From: Thecamonas trahens ATCC 50062
Taxonomy: Eukaryota; Protista; Apusomonadida
Length of the DNA stretch: 64,000 nt
Assembly: GCF_000142905.1 (NCBI RefSeq)
Contig: NW_013657621.1
Location: forward strand, 143,021-207,020
Direction of reading: 5' to 3'
The translations under genes and the position numbers were made by a program. The notes below the pieces were generated by a model. The model had not been told where the DNA came from and ran no database searches. It worked only from the letters and a program-made list of their open reading frames with translations. Below are positions 53,612 to 63,790 of this stretch, piece by piece; within the stretch, counting starts at the first letter, position 1, and each line of letters begins with the position of its first letter.

Positions 53612-56270
53612 TCAGATTTCGTCCGACGAGAGCTGCGAGGTGTCGTCAGTCGAGGAGGGCTCGGGCGCTTGAGGCCCGAGGGAGATAGCTGAGGCGACGG
53701 CAAGTGCCTCAGCATCCGAGAGGGGCGGAGGGCGGGCGCCAATCTTGGGACGAACAATCCGGCGAGTTCGCGACCGCTTGTACATGAGAGTGATGACGAT
53801 GGCAGAAATGACGACAACGATGCCCGACGAGATGAGGACAGCGAGCACAATGTTGCGATTGCTGGCGCGCGGCGGCGGCGCGGTCGTTGTGGTCGCATCC
53901 GACGAGGAATCCGGCTGCTGGGCGTGAATCGAGCATGACGACTCGTCACAAGCCAGGCGGTAGGTGCCCGCGGCGTCGGTGACGTCGCGGACACCGGTGG
54001 CGGTCCGGACTTGCAGATTGGTAAAGTGAGCATCAGAGCGCGTGGAAAGGTCAGAACGACCTGCTCGTCGCCCGGCATTAGCCGAACGTCGGCATTGAGC
54101 ACCACCTCGAGCGAGCCGCCCAGCTCGACTGAGCCCTCGACGGCGAGACTCGGTGAGGCACCGCGCGCGATGGCGACAACGAGTGAAGCTTGCGGAGCTT
54201 GCACAAAACATGCGGCCGTGAGCTGGACACCCGACCCGATGGCCAGCGTCGACACGTCCTCGATGCGGACACACCCGGCCGGAACCGCGAGGTTGTCAGC
54301 AATGTCGAGGTGGGCGCCGTCGCGGACGATTAGCGGAGTCTTGAGCACCTCGGGCGCCGAGACGGTGGTCGAGTTGGCGACGACGGCGGAGCGGCCCTCG
54401 AGAACGCCAAACGGCGGCGTAAGATCGTTAAAGTCGCCAAAAGGACCGTCGACGACCAGGCCGTAGTAGCCGAGCGAGCCGTAGTCGGAAAAGCCCGACG
54501 AGAAGCCGATGCGGTTGCCGGTTCCCGTGACGCACACCGCATACCGCCGCCCATTCTCGGGTTCAACAAGCAAAAGCTCGGCATGCAGCTGATCGTCGGG
54601 TGCGACGGTGACCACTGGCTCAGCCTCGACGTCGATGTACGCCGTGAGGCCGACGTCGAGGTTGGGACCGTCGGCCAGGATGTGGGCGGTGACGGTGATG
54701 GAGCCGTTACCTGCGACAAACGAGATGCAGTCGACGTCGGACGAGGACGTGATGGCGCTGATGATCGAGTACGCTGGCGGACGCGGGGCAGTCATGATGT
54801 CGAGGGCGTCGGCAAAGGTGTCACCGATCGAGTCGCGTGCGTGCGAGAGCTTAGTGCCGATGATGGCAAGGTCATCCTCGGTATTGGTTGCGCCACTGTA
54901 CTCACCCTTGGACCACTGGGTGACCGACATGGTGTAGGGAGTGCCCATGATGGGGCCCCAGCCGTAGTGGCCGAGGTAGTGGGAGAGAATTGCCCATCCG
55001 TCGTGCGAGAGGCCAAGCTGGTGGCCGAGCTCGTGCGAGACCGAGTCGCCGATGGCATTAACGCGATCGTCGAGGTGGTCGGAAAGACCCATGACGGCTG
55101 GTAGTAGTCGGAGGCCTGTCCATAGGCGTCCGTGTACGAGACGCCGCCGGTCGGCGCCACCCAGCTGTCGGTGGGGTGATGGCGATGGTGGCGCGGCGCT
55201 GAGGCGGGTACGCGGCGCAGATGGACTCGTCGGTGGTAACTGTTACGTTAAAGGCGATAAAGTCCTCTGCGACGCGGGTGACAACGGCCTTGATGACGTC
55301 GCGCTCGGCGGAGGAAAAGTCGACAAAGTTACCGTCGAGCGACCACGCGTCGTAGACCATTGCAGGCTGCGAGGTGTAGGCGTTCCATGCCGAACCTGTC
55401 ACCACACCGCCGTCGAAATCGAGGTGGAAGCAGTCGGGTGCGTTGGCCCGGGTGGTGAAGATCGGGACGCTGGACCGGGTAGAAACCCGCGCCCGCCCAG
55501 CGCTGGCCTTGCCTCCGGTGGGAAACAACAGCGAGCCGCCTGCAGCAGCCTCGGCCGCGGCCTCGTCCACAAGCTCGGCGGCAAAGAGATCGAGGGCAGG
55601 ATTGTCGCCACTCTCATCGGCCGCAAGCGCTGGCTCAGGGCGCGGCAGGTGGCAGAACGCGGAGGCGAGCGGACCGACGGTGAGCGTGGCAGGTCGAAAA
55701 GCGTTGCCGTTGTCGGAGCGGGTCACCGAGAGCGTGGCGCCGAGCTCGGCCTTGGCCGACACAACGTGGATCATGACCGAGCCGTCGGCATGCTCGGTGG
55801 CAAGCAGTCGTTCGGACGGCGGACAGTTGGGAGGAAGAGTGTCTACAGAGGCAGCAAGACAGCCAAGGACGACAGCAACCGGCCGCGGCTGGTCATTGCC
55901 ATCGGCTGAAGGCCGAGTGCGGATGACCGAAGTGACACGGACGGTCAAACCTGACGTTTGATCAAAAGCACGGCCGAGCGGGAGCGAAAGAACCGAGCCA
56001 GGCGCGAGCTCCGACCAGGTGTGGGCATCAAACGAGACAACCGACCGGACCTGGCCACGGATGGCATTGTCGCCTCCATCGCCTCCATTGCCTCCATTGC
56101 CTCCATACCGGCACCGAAAGCTGACGTCAGGAGCGAGGGAGCCACAAAGTGGGAGACGAACGCTTGTTGGAATCGTGGCTGGTCTTCGGGTGTGCCACGC
56201 CATTGCCTGCCACACCGACCACCAGCAAGACCAAACCCAACACCAATCCAAGGGCCACGGTATTAGCCAT
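53612..56270 (-). CDS. Membrane-anchored bacterial-type metzincin (signal peptide, HExxHxxGxxH, PPC-like domain, TM); several frameshifts (errors or pseudogene)
   Basis: Signal peptide MANTVALGLVLGLVLLVVGVAG. Motifs FHLDFDG, VAEDFIAFNVTVTTD, SHELGHQLGLSHDG, Met-turn PIMG, VTQWSKGEY and SDYGSLGYY. C-terminal TM IVLAVLISSGIVVVISAIVITLM. Frame breaks near 56116-56190, 55173-55176, 55081-55086 and 54044-54049. Confidence 0.8.
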
Positions 56271-56625
56271 GGCGGTTAAAGATTGGACGGTGGGTGGTAT
56301 GGAGGAGGTTGAGAGTTGCGGGGTGTGTACGTGTGCGAGACGAGTGAGGTTGACATGAATCGAGCTTTGTGGCGGCGTTGGTCCATCATAAGTCGATGTT
56401 CTTTGGCAAAGGGGGGCCAAAAAAAAACGCTGTTTATGCGAAAAAAATAGTGTTTGACGTGTTGCGGGGTACTACCCAGGTCCCGGCGGACGTTGGCGAA
56501 TTGGGACAAATATTGCTAGCCATGCCCCACCCCCCACCCCCCCATTCTCGACCTCCGGCCGGCCTCGCAAGGCTGGCGGTGGCAGCCCACACAGTCGCGG
56601 GCGGGTCGAGCACTGCTCTACTTAC

Positions 56626-59439
56626 ATGGCAAGTGGACTCCGGATTGCGACCGACGGGAGCCTGGGTAGCGGGGGCGGTGGCGTGTCGCTGGTCTCGCCG
56701 CGTGGAATGGTGCTGACGCCGAGGGTGAGCGCGGGGGCGGGCGGTGAGGGTGGCGGCGGAGGCGGAGTGAGTGGGGCCGGCGGAGGCGGGAGTGGAGGCG
56801 GGCGGCTGTGGAGCCATGGGGATGATGCGCTCGCGAGTGGCATGTCGCTCTTCCACCTGCTGCGGTCTGCGACGCGTCCAGACGAGGCGGTCATTCGGCT
56901 GACGGCGGCATTGGAGCAGGCGGCCAACGGGACGGACGCACACGTGGTGGGGACGGGCGAGCAGGCGGAGATCTTGCTGTTCATGGCACATTCAGTGGCG
57001 TCGGCCCGTGCACCAGCTACGGTCGGTCTGGCGCTCTCCAAGCTCGCGTCTATTTTCCGGGTCGACTCGAACCGGCTGCGGGCGCTTATTGTGCACGCAC
57101 TGCCGCTGGCGGCACCGCACGTGGTCAAGCTCGCCGCGCCGGGCCGTGTGGTCGATCCGGTGCTCTTTGTGACGGTCTCGAACGATCCGCTGGCGCGGGC
57201 ACTGGCGCTGCAGGCACTGGCGCTGCTTGCCCCGGTGGTAGCGGACCGGGTGGATGTGCGGCACGCGGTGCTGGCGGGACTTGTCTCGCCGGCACACCGC
57301 GAGGCTGCAGCGGCGGGCGCGGCAGCCAAGGCCATTGCGCCGCACTCGCCACACTTTGCTGCGGCGCTGCTTGCGCATGCGGCGGAGCAGATGGCTCCTG
57401 GCACGGTCTGCTCGACGGACACACTGCTGAGAGTCCTCGACTTGCTGCCCGCGATCAACGCCGGCGATGCGTCGCTATTCGACAAGGTGGCGGGGCTGGC
57501 GCTGGGCGTGCTCGACTCTGCGCCTGCTCCGCCGGTCATGGTGCCGGCGGTGGCGGTCCTTGCCGAGCTTGCGACGTCGTCAGCGGCGGCGGCAGCAGCA
57601 CTGGTCGGCGACTCGCACTTTCACGCCTCGCTGAGTGGGGCGCTTGCCGAGCTGGTCGAGAACTCACCTGCCAAAGCGGTGCGGCTAGCGGCGGTAGCTG
57701 CGGCGCGGCGGATGGCATCGCGGCCGCTCCTCGCAGCACATCACATTGATGCCGGGCGCGTCATTAGCTGGCTGGACGCACCCGAGCTGGCGCCTGGCGC
57801 CGCTGCGCTTCTCCGTGCCGTTGTCCGGCAGCCGGCCCAGCTCGCCCATCCGCCGGCGCAGCTCTTGGCGGCGCTGCTTCAGCGATTTACCGAGAGCAAG
57901 GCAACGCCGCTGCTTGCGCCGTTGCTGGTCGACCTCGCGTGTCGCGAGGACCACTCTGCGGCGCCCGAGCTGTACACTGCAGTGGAGGACGCCGTGCTGG
58001 CTGCGGTGCTTGGCGAGACCGATGACGCGCCCGAGATCTATGCATGCCTTGCGCGGCTGGCGACGTCGCGCGACGCGCCACACACTTTTGTGGCGGCGGC
58101 GGTAGAGGCTGCGGCGCGCAAGGTTGAAGCGGCAGTTGTAGGGCGGAAGAGCGAGCAGCTCACGTCACCGCTCCGGGCGCTGACGGCGATGCTCAAGAGC
58201 GGCGCAGCCGAGGCGGCGGCCGTGAGCGCGATGGTCGATAGCCTGCGGGCTGTGGCGGATGCGATCCGGGGATGGATCGAGGCCGAGAGTGCCGGCGAGG
58301 CGGAGTGGACAAAGCCTGGCGACATGGTGCGGTGCGTGGCGCTGTGCTTCTGCTCCTCGCCGGGCGAGGAGCGCGTGCTGAGCGCGCTGGAGAGCAGCCC
58401 TGATGCGTTTGAGGAGAAGTGGATGCCGCTGCTGCTGAGCAGCGAGGCCTGCGGCAGCGGATGGGCGCTGTACCAGTTGGGCGAGCGCGCGGCGCGCGGC
58501 GGTCACTTTGAGAGCGCTGTGACGCTGTGGGCTTGCGTGGCGTCGGGCGTGGCGTCGCCGTGGTCGTACTGGCTTGACGCTGCCGTCAGAATGGTGAGCG
58601 GAGCCGAGGCATTGGCGAATGGGTCCAAGGCTGCGAGCGCTGGGGCAAACAGCGCAGTTGTGGCTCGGTTGGGCGAAGCCGAGGCTGCGCTGGCGGCTGC
58701 GCGTCTCGCAGTCTGCGCACTGCAAACGGCGCACGGTGAGCGCGGGATCGGAGTTTTCCAGGGTGCGTGGCTCTCTGCGGTGAGCGACATGTGCGCGGGG
58801 CTGAGCGGTGTGGCACAGGTCGGTGCCGGGCTGCAGAGCGCGCCTGCTCTGTTTCGGGCGCGGCTGGCAGCGAGCGTGGGTGTGGGCGCGGTGCGGCTGG
58901 CGGAACTGTCTGATGCAGCGCTGGACATGCGTCAGGGCGACGTGGCGGCGATGGAGGCTGTGCGGTGCGGAGCGGCCCAAGTCGAGGCTGCGCTGACTGC
59001 GCCGCGGCTGGACGGTGACGAGCTGGCGAGAGCGATGGCGCAGTGCCTGGCGTCGCTGGCAGTAGTGCCGTCACGGGTGTTTGTGCTGAGCGCACCACCG
59101 GCGCCGTCGCTGTTTATTTCCGAGGCGAGTCGCGGCGACGATGGCGTGGCGGTGCCGTGCCGTGCCGGGACGGACGTCAAGCTCACGCTTTCGGGCGAGG
59201 TCCCGCTCGGGCTGGCGCACTCTGTCGTCATCGAGCTCTCGACCGGTAGCGCGTGGCAGCACCGGGTCGAGGCCAAGTTGCACGGCTCGCGGTTTTTTCG
59301 GACAGCGGTGGTGGTACCGACCGAGGCAGCGAGCGGTGGGCGACGGCTGGTGGCGAGCGTGTTTGTGCGGAGCGAGGACGGCGGGAGGCTGCGCGCGTCA
59401 GGCCCGGTGGTCGACGTGGCGCTGGCAGTCGAGCGGTAG
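56626..59439 (+). CDS. INTS7: Integrator complex subunit 7 (HEAT/ARM repeats)
   Basis: GEQAE, KLASIFRVDSNRLR, SNDPLARALAL and WALYQLGERAARGGH match the INTS7 motifs GEQCE, KLADVFRVGNNFLR, SNDPVARAITL and WTVYRIARQASRMGNH as I recall them. Confidence 0.82.
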   Translation: MASGLRIATDGSLGSGGGGVSLVSPRGMVLTPRVSAGAGGEGGGGGGVSGAGGGGSGGGRLWSHGDDALASGMSLFHLLRSATRPDEAVIRLTAALEQAANGTDAHVVGTGEQAEILLFMAHSVASARAPATVGLALSKLASIFRVDSNRLRALIVHALPLAAPHVVKLAAPGRVVDPVLFVTVSNDPLARALALQALALLAPVVADRVDVRHAVLAGLVSPAHREAAAAGAAAKAIAPHSPHFAAALLAHAAEQMAPGTVCSTDTLLRVLDLLPAINAGDASLFDKVAGLALGVLDSAPAPPVMVPAVAVLAELATSSAAAAAALVGDSHFHASLSGALAELVENSPAKAVRLAAVAAARRMASRPLLAAHHIDAGRVISWLDAPELAPGAAALLRAVVRQPAQLAHPPAQLLAALLQRFTESKATPLLAPLLVDLACREDHSAAPELYTAVEDAVLAAVLGETDDAPEIYACLARLATSRDAPHTFVAAAVEAAARKVEAAVVGRKSEQLTSPLRALTAMLKSGAAEAAAVSAMVDSLRAVADAIRGWIEAESAGEAEWTKPGDMVRCVALCFCSSPGEERVLSALESSPDAFEEKWMPLLLSSEACGSGWALYQLGERAARGGHFESAVTLWACVASGVASPWSYWLDAAVRMVSGAEALANGSKAASAGANSAVVARLGEAEAALAAARLAVCALQTAHGERGIGVFQGAWLSAVSDMCAGLSGVAQVGAGLQSAPALFRARLAASVGVGAVRLAELSDAALDMRQGDVAAMEAVRCGAAQVEAALTAPRLDGDELARAMAQCLASLAVVPSRVFVLSAPPAPSLFISEASRGDDGVAVPCRAGTDVKLTLSGEVPLGLAHSVVIELSTGSAWQHRVEAKLHGSRFFRTAVVVPTEAASGGRRLVASVFVRSEDGGRLRASGPVVDVALAVER

Positions 59440-59444
59440 CGTGA

Positions 59445-61739
59445 CTATGAAACAGCGCATGACTCGACGCGCTTGTCTTTGTCGATAGCCTTGAGTGCCG
59501 AAGACCGCGAGGCTGGAAGCGAGAGCGAGCGGGCGTGGAGTAGAGACGGCGGGCCGGTGGGCAGGCTCTCGGCGGCTGACAGGGGCGCGGCGAGGACGGC
59601 AGCGAGATGGGCGAGCGGCGTGGTGGCGTTGACGGCGGTCTTTGCCGAGGTCTCGACAAAGTGCATGTTGTGTGCGGCGGCAAAGGATGCACCGGTAGGT
59701 GTGTCAACGACGCGGGCAGCGGTAGCGTCGTTCTTGTTGGCGACGAGGACGAGGCGGGCCGAGGTGAGGAGGCCATGATTGGCCAGGAGCGGGAGCCAGT
59801 TGTCCGCAATAGCGGCAAAGGAGGCGGCGTTGGTGACGTCGTACATGAGGACGACGGCGGCGGCGCCGGCAAAGACCAGCTGCGAAGCGAGGCGGTAGGC
59901 CCGTACGCCGGCGGTGTCCCAGAGCTGGAAGAGCACAGTGCTCGATCCAGGCTGCTCTGAGCGCGGGAAGCGGACAAATACATGGTCGACGCCGATGGTG
60001 GGTGGCAGCTTAAAGGCAAACTTGAGATTAGCCATGCGGCGGCAGAGCGAGGACTTGCCGACCCCGGCCTCGCCGACGAGGACAACCTTCAGCAGGCGAT
60101 CGCGGCGGGGCGTAGCCGGCGGCGGACTCGACGGTGGCAGTGTGGGCGAGGCGAGGTCGTGGGCGGGCGCGGCAGCGCGCGACCAGAGAGTGTCTTCCAC
60201 GGTGGAGGGGGCATGTGCGACGGGCCGACAGCCACAGTAGGCGCAGTTGACGGCGTCTGTGCCGCGGACAAACTCGGCGCAGCCGCAGTCTGAGCACGCG
60301 CTGCGGACGACGCCCTGGGCGTCGGTCTGCGACCAGCGGGTAAAGACATAGAAGAGCCAGGCGTCCTTGAAGGAGTGACGGTCCTTGCAGTGAGAGAGGA
60401 GGCCGAGGGCGGCGAGGGCGTTGCCAAGTTCGACGGCGTGCGTGCGGCTCGTGGCAAGACCCTCAGCGACCATAAAGTCGACGGCCTCGGATCCGACAAA
60501 GACGTTGCGATAGGCCTTGAGGCGGTAGGTGCGCTTGTCGACGCGGAGACCGGCGCGGAGGCGACGGATGAGTTCCGGCCCGTCGACGGTGAGGAGGGCA
60601 TCCGCGGTGACGTGGGCGGCAAAGCCGACGGCGGCGGTCGATGACGAGATCGACTCGGCGTCGGATGCGGTGGCATCGGGCTCGTCGACACGTTGGTAGC
60701 CCGGCGGGGCGATGTTTGCGGCGCCGAGCGAGGCGAGGAGGTAGTCGCGGGCGGCCGGCTCGGTGACATTTTCGAGCAGAGCTTCGCGGAGAGTGGTTGC
60801 TTTTGTCGAGCACATGAGCGAAGTTCCGGAGCGTGGAGCGTCGGGGGCCAGGGCGGCAGCGAGGACGTGCCACGGGAGGACGACAGCGTGGTCAGCGACG
60901 CGAAGGCGGAGGCGGGCCTCATGAGCATGGAGCGCGTCGAGCAGGGCGTCGGCGCCATTGGCGGCCTTGGCGGCGACATTGGCCATGATGCCGAGGACGT
61001 GGGCGACGACGGTGTGGAGCTCCGACTCTGGCGGGAGCTGAGCGGCAGAAGGACGGTCCGAGGGCAGGGCCGACATGGAGAGGGCGAGGCGCGACGAGCC
61101 CACGAGCGGCGAGCGTTGCGGGCCGGAAGCGATCGGCGACTGCGGCGAGGCTAACCGTGGCTTGAGCACAGCCAGAGTCGCCTCGCCAGAGGATGGGCTC
61201 GGGGCGAGCGCGAGATGGGCCAGCATGAGCAGATGGACCAAATCGGCAAGCACTTCGGCCGAGGCGCCGACGGCGGCAAGACCCGAGGGAAAGCGAATGA
61301 TGGCACGGAGAATGGCGAGCGGAAGGGCAGCCCAAGTGAGCTCGCCACGAGAGAGCGGAACATCACCAGAAGCATCGGCGTCGGTGCGTGTGGCAGCAGC
61401 AAGGAGGGCAGCGAGGAGGAGGACACCGCCGGGAGCGTCGGGAAGAGGCCGTTCTGAGCAGACTTCGGCAATCCACTCATCATCAGCACCGAGTGCCGAC
61501 GTATGTATGTGTCGAAGCGAAGCCATGAGCTCATGTGCAAGAGCCACTATCTCTGCATCTCCGGCGCCCAAGCCCGAGCACCCGCCGCCGCCCGGCTGTC
61601 TCGCCTCGGCCGATGACTCCACCGTCCGACCCACGAGCGGAAGCGACAGGTCTAACGTCTTCAAGGCCGACCCTGTGCGTCCTGCCAAGTGGCCCAGGAC
61701 ATCCAGCATCCTCTGCTGTGCGTCTCGGGCACTTAGCAT
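59445..61739 (-). CDS. Large Rab-like GTPase fused to a DEP domain and a Cys/His zinc motif
   Basis: DEP: RTYRLKAYRNVFVGSEAVDFMV..AVELGNAL..HSFKDAWLFYVF. Zinc motif: CSDCGC..F..CAYCGC..H. G boxes GEAGVGKS, PTIGVD, WDTAG, NKND and ETSAK. C-terminal CAVS. Confidence 0.88.
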   Translation of the reverse strand: MLSARDAQQRMLDVLGHLAGRTGSALKTLDLSLPLVGRTVESSAEARQPGGGGCSGLGAGDAEIVALAHELMASLRHIHTSALGADDEWIAEVCSERPLPDAPGGVLLLAALLAAATRTDADASGDVPLSRGELTWAALPLAILRAIIRFPSGLAAVGASAEVLADLVHLLMLAHLALAPSPSSGEATLAVLKPRLASPQSPIASGPQRSPLVGSSRLALSMSALPSDRPSAAQLPPESELHTVVAHVLGIMANVAAKAANGADALLDALHAHEARLRLRVADHAVVLPWHVLAAALAPDAPRSGTSLMCSTKATTLREALLENVTEPAARDYLLASLGAANIAPPGYQRVDEPDATASDAESISSSTAAVGFAAHVTADALLTVDGPELIRRLRAGLRVDKRTYRLKAYRNVFVGSEAVDFMVAEGLATSRTHAVELGNALAALGLLSHCKDRHSFKDAWLFYVFTRWSQTDAQGVVRSACSDCGCAEFVRGTDAVNCAYCGCRPVAHAPSTVEDTLWSRAAAPAHDLASPTLPPSSPPPATPRRDRLLKVVLVGEAGVGKSSLCRRMANLKFAFKLPPTIGVDHVFVRFPRSEQPGSSTVLFQLWDTAGVRAYRLASQLVFAGAAAVVLMYDVTNAASFAAIADNWLPLLANHGLLTSARLVLVANKNDATAARVVDTPTGASFAAAHNMHFVETSAKTAVNATTPLAHLAAVLAAPLSAAESLPTGPPSLLHARSLSLPASRSSALKAIDKDKRVESCAVS

Positions 61740-61969
61740 GGCTAGCCAGTGGATAAGTGGGTGAGGTGGGAGAGGAGGAAGGAGAGGAGGGGAGGGGGGG
61801 GGGGTGGGGTGGGGTGCGTGACACAAAGACTCGTTCATTCATTTTGAATGGTGACATTGGAGGCGAGGAGCGGGGGAAGGGGGGGGGGGGGGGGGGGGGG
61901 GGGGTATCGGGCAGCATGTTGGGGAATGGTGTGTGAGGCACAGGGTTGTTCGGCTGGGGGGTTTAGATC

Positions 61970-63790
61970 TTATGCTCTGGACTTGGACTTGGACTTGGAC
62001 TTGGACTTGGACTTGGTGCGCGGAGGCGAGGGCGAGGAGGCGGTGGACTTGGTCGGCGGCCAGACACAGTCGAGGAAGCGGAGGGTGGCAGCGTGACCGG
62101 CAGTCATGAGGGCTTCGAGACGGGCAGGCGTCATAGCCATCTCCATGGTAGAGTAGCCCTTGGCAGGCAGGTGGCAGATGAGTTCCGGATAGGAGCGCTC
62201 GAGGACGCGATACGGCCCGGACATGGTGGCATCAAGGAGGTTTTCCAGGTGCTCCAGAGCGAGGTTGTGCAGGCCATCGCGCGACGGCGGGGAGGGCTTT
62301 GGCGGGCGCCAGGAGTCCTCGTGAATGGCAGCAGAGAGCGGCATGTCGTCCTCGATGAGGAAGCCGATGATCGGGTGGTCGGAGCCCGGGGCGGTGCGGC
62401 CCATCATGGCGCGGACGCGCGGATCCTCCGAGGTGACGAGATCGAGGGCAAAGACATCGAGAAGGCCGCCGTCAACAACCACAGCGCCAGTGCGGTCGTC
62501 GCCGAGATATGTGCCCCACTCGGAGCGCCAGGTGACGAAGCGGTAGGCGGCCATGAGCGCCATAGACATGCGGGTGGCCCAGGCGACAGGCACGTCTGGC
62601 GCAGTCCGGTGGTTGAGGACCAGGCGTTCGCCGTTGGTCACATCGGCGGCGACGACGGTGAGATCTGCGCCGGTGACAGCGTACAGCTGAGCCATGGTTG
62701 GCTCAGGAACGGAGGCCAGGCTTGGGTGGTAGGTATGGATGGCCTCGTTGATGTAGTCGACGAGGGCGTTGCCGACAAGGGCGCCACCGAGCTCGTAGAG
62801 ACCAAACAGGACCCGGAAGTCACGCGAGTGGTTGAAGAGCGCATTGAGAATGAGCGAGTTGCCGGCGGCAACGGCGGCTTCGGGGACAAGCGGAATGTGG
62901 AGGGTGTTGAGCGCCTGCGCGAGCTGCGACGACGACCGGAGCTCGGGCGAGACGTCGCTCGGCAGCGGGAGGTCCATGGTGATGGCTTGCATGGCTGAGA
63001 CCATCTTGCCGGTGTTGTCACGCCGCTTGGAGAGCGCGAAACGATGGACGTCGCCCGGCGAGAGGCCAATGGCGGTGATAGTGGCCATGAACGCGCCGGC
63101 CGAGGTGCCGATGAGCCGACCAAACTTAAGCCCACGGGTGACAAGCGCGCCGAGGGCGCCGATGAACACGTTGCCCTTGGCACCACCGCCCTTGAAGACC
63201 ATGTCAACACCGGCGCTGATATCAGTCTCGTGCGCGGTAGAGTCGGCAGCTGCCATCGCTGCGCGGTAGAGCGCATCGACCGAGCGGCCGGCGCTCGCCG
63301 GATGCTCGGCGACGTAGGCGGCGGCAACTGCGGCCTTCTCCTCCTCGGCGCGGGCATGGACCTCGCTCCAGTCAATGACCGGCGGCAACGGGAGATCGTG
63401 GGCGTGTGAAGCACGGCGGAGGACGTTGACGGCCTTGTCGGTGGCAGCCACCATGGTCGGCGGCGGCGATTCGAGCGGGGCGCTGGTGGCCAGTGGGTGG
63501 CTTGCCATCCAGGCCGGCGAGAGCGAGGTGTGGTGGTCGATGGGCAGTGCGCCGTTGTGCAGCGCCACCGACGTAATGCCAAACATCTCACTGTACTCTG
63601 TCTCGCCGCTGCTGCTGTGATCGGCAGCAATGCCCGCCAGCACAGCCGCGTCGCCGGTGAGGACCTGTCCGCTGCTTGGCGTCTTGCGACTGGCCCGGCC
63701 CGGCTTGGTCTTTGCCCGCTTGGTCGCAGGCGACCGGTGCGAGCTCGATGCGGCAGGCGGCGTCTTGGCGCGGCGCTTGCGGGTAGACAT
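61970..63790 (-). CDS. Patatin-like phospholipase
   Basis: Gly-rich GGGAKG, nucleophile GTSAG and catalytic DGG. Basic N-terminus and a C-terminal (KS)n tail encoded by (AAGTCC)n. Confidence 0.92.
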   Translation of the reverse strand: MSTRKRRAKTPPAASSSHRSPATKRAKTKPGRASRKTPSSGQVLTGDAAVLAGIAADHSSSGETEYSEMFGITSVALHNGALPIDHHTSLSPAWMASHPLATSAPLESPPPTMVAATDKAVNVLRRASHAHDLPLPPVIDWSEVHARAEEEKAAVAAAYVAEHPASAGRSVDALYRAAMAAADSTAHETDISAGVDMVFKGGGAKGNVFIGALGALVTRGLKFGRLIGTSAGAFMATITAIGLSPGDVHRFALSKRRDNTGKMVSAMQAITMDLPLPSDVSPELRSSSQLAQALNTLHIPLVPEAAVAAGNSLILNALFNHSRDFRVLFGLYELGGALVGNALVDYINEAIHTYHPSLASVPEPTMAQLYAVTGADLTVVAADVTNGERLVLNHRTAPDVPVAWATRMSMALMAAYRFVTWRSEWGTYLGDDRTGAVVVDGGLLDVFALDLVTSEDPRVRAMMGRTAPGSDHPIIGFLIEDDMPLSAAIHEDSWRPPKPSPPSRDGLHNLALEHLENLLDATMSGPYRVLERSYPELICHLPAKGYSTMEMAMTPARLEALMTAGHAATLRFLDCVWPPTKSTASSPSPPRTKSKSKSKSKSKSRA

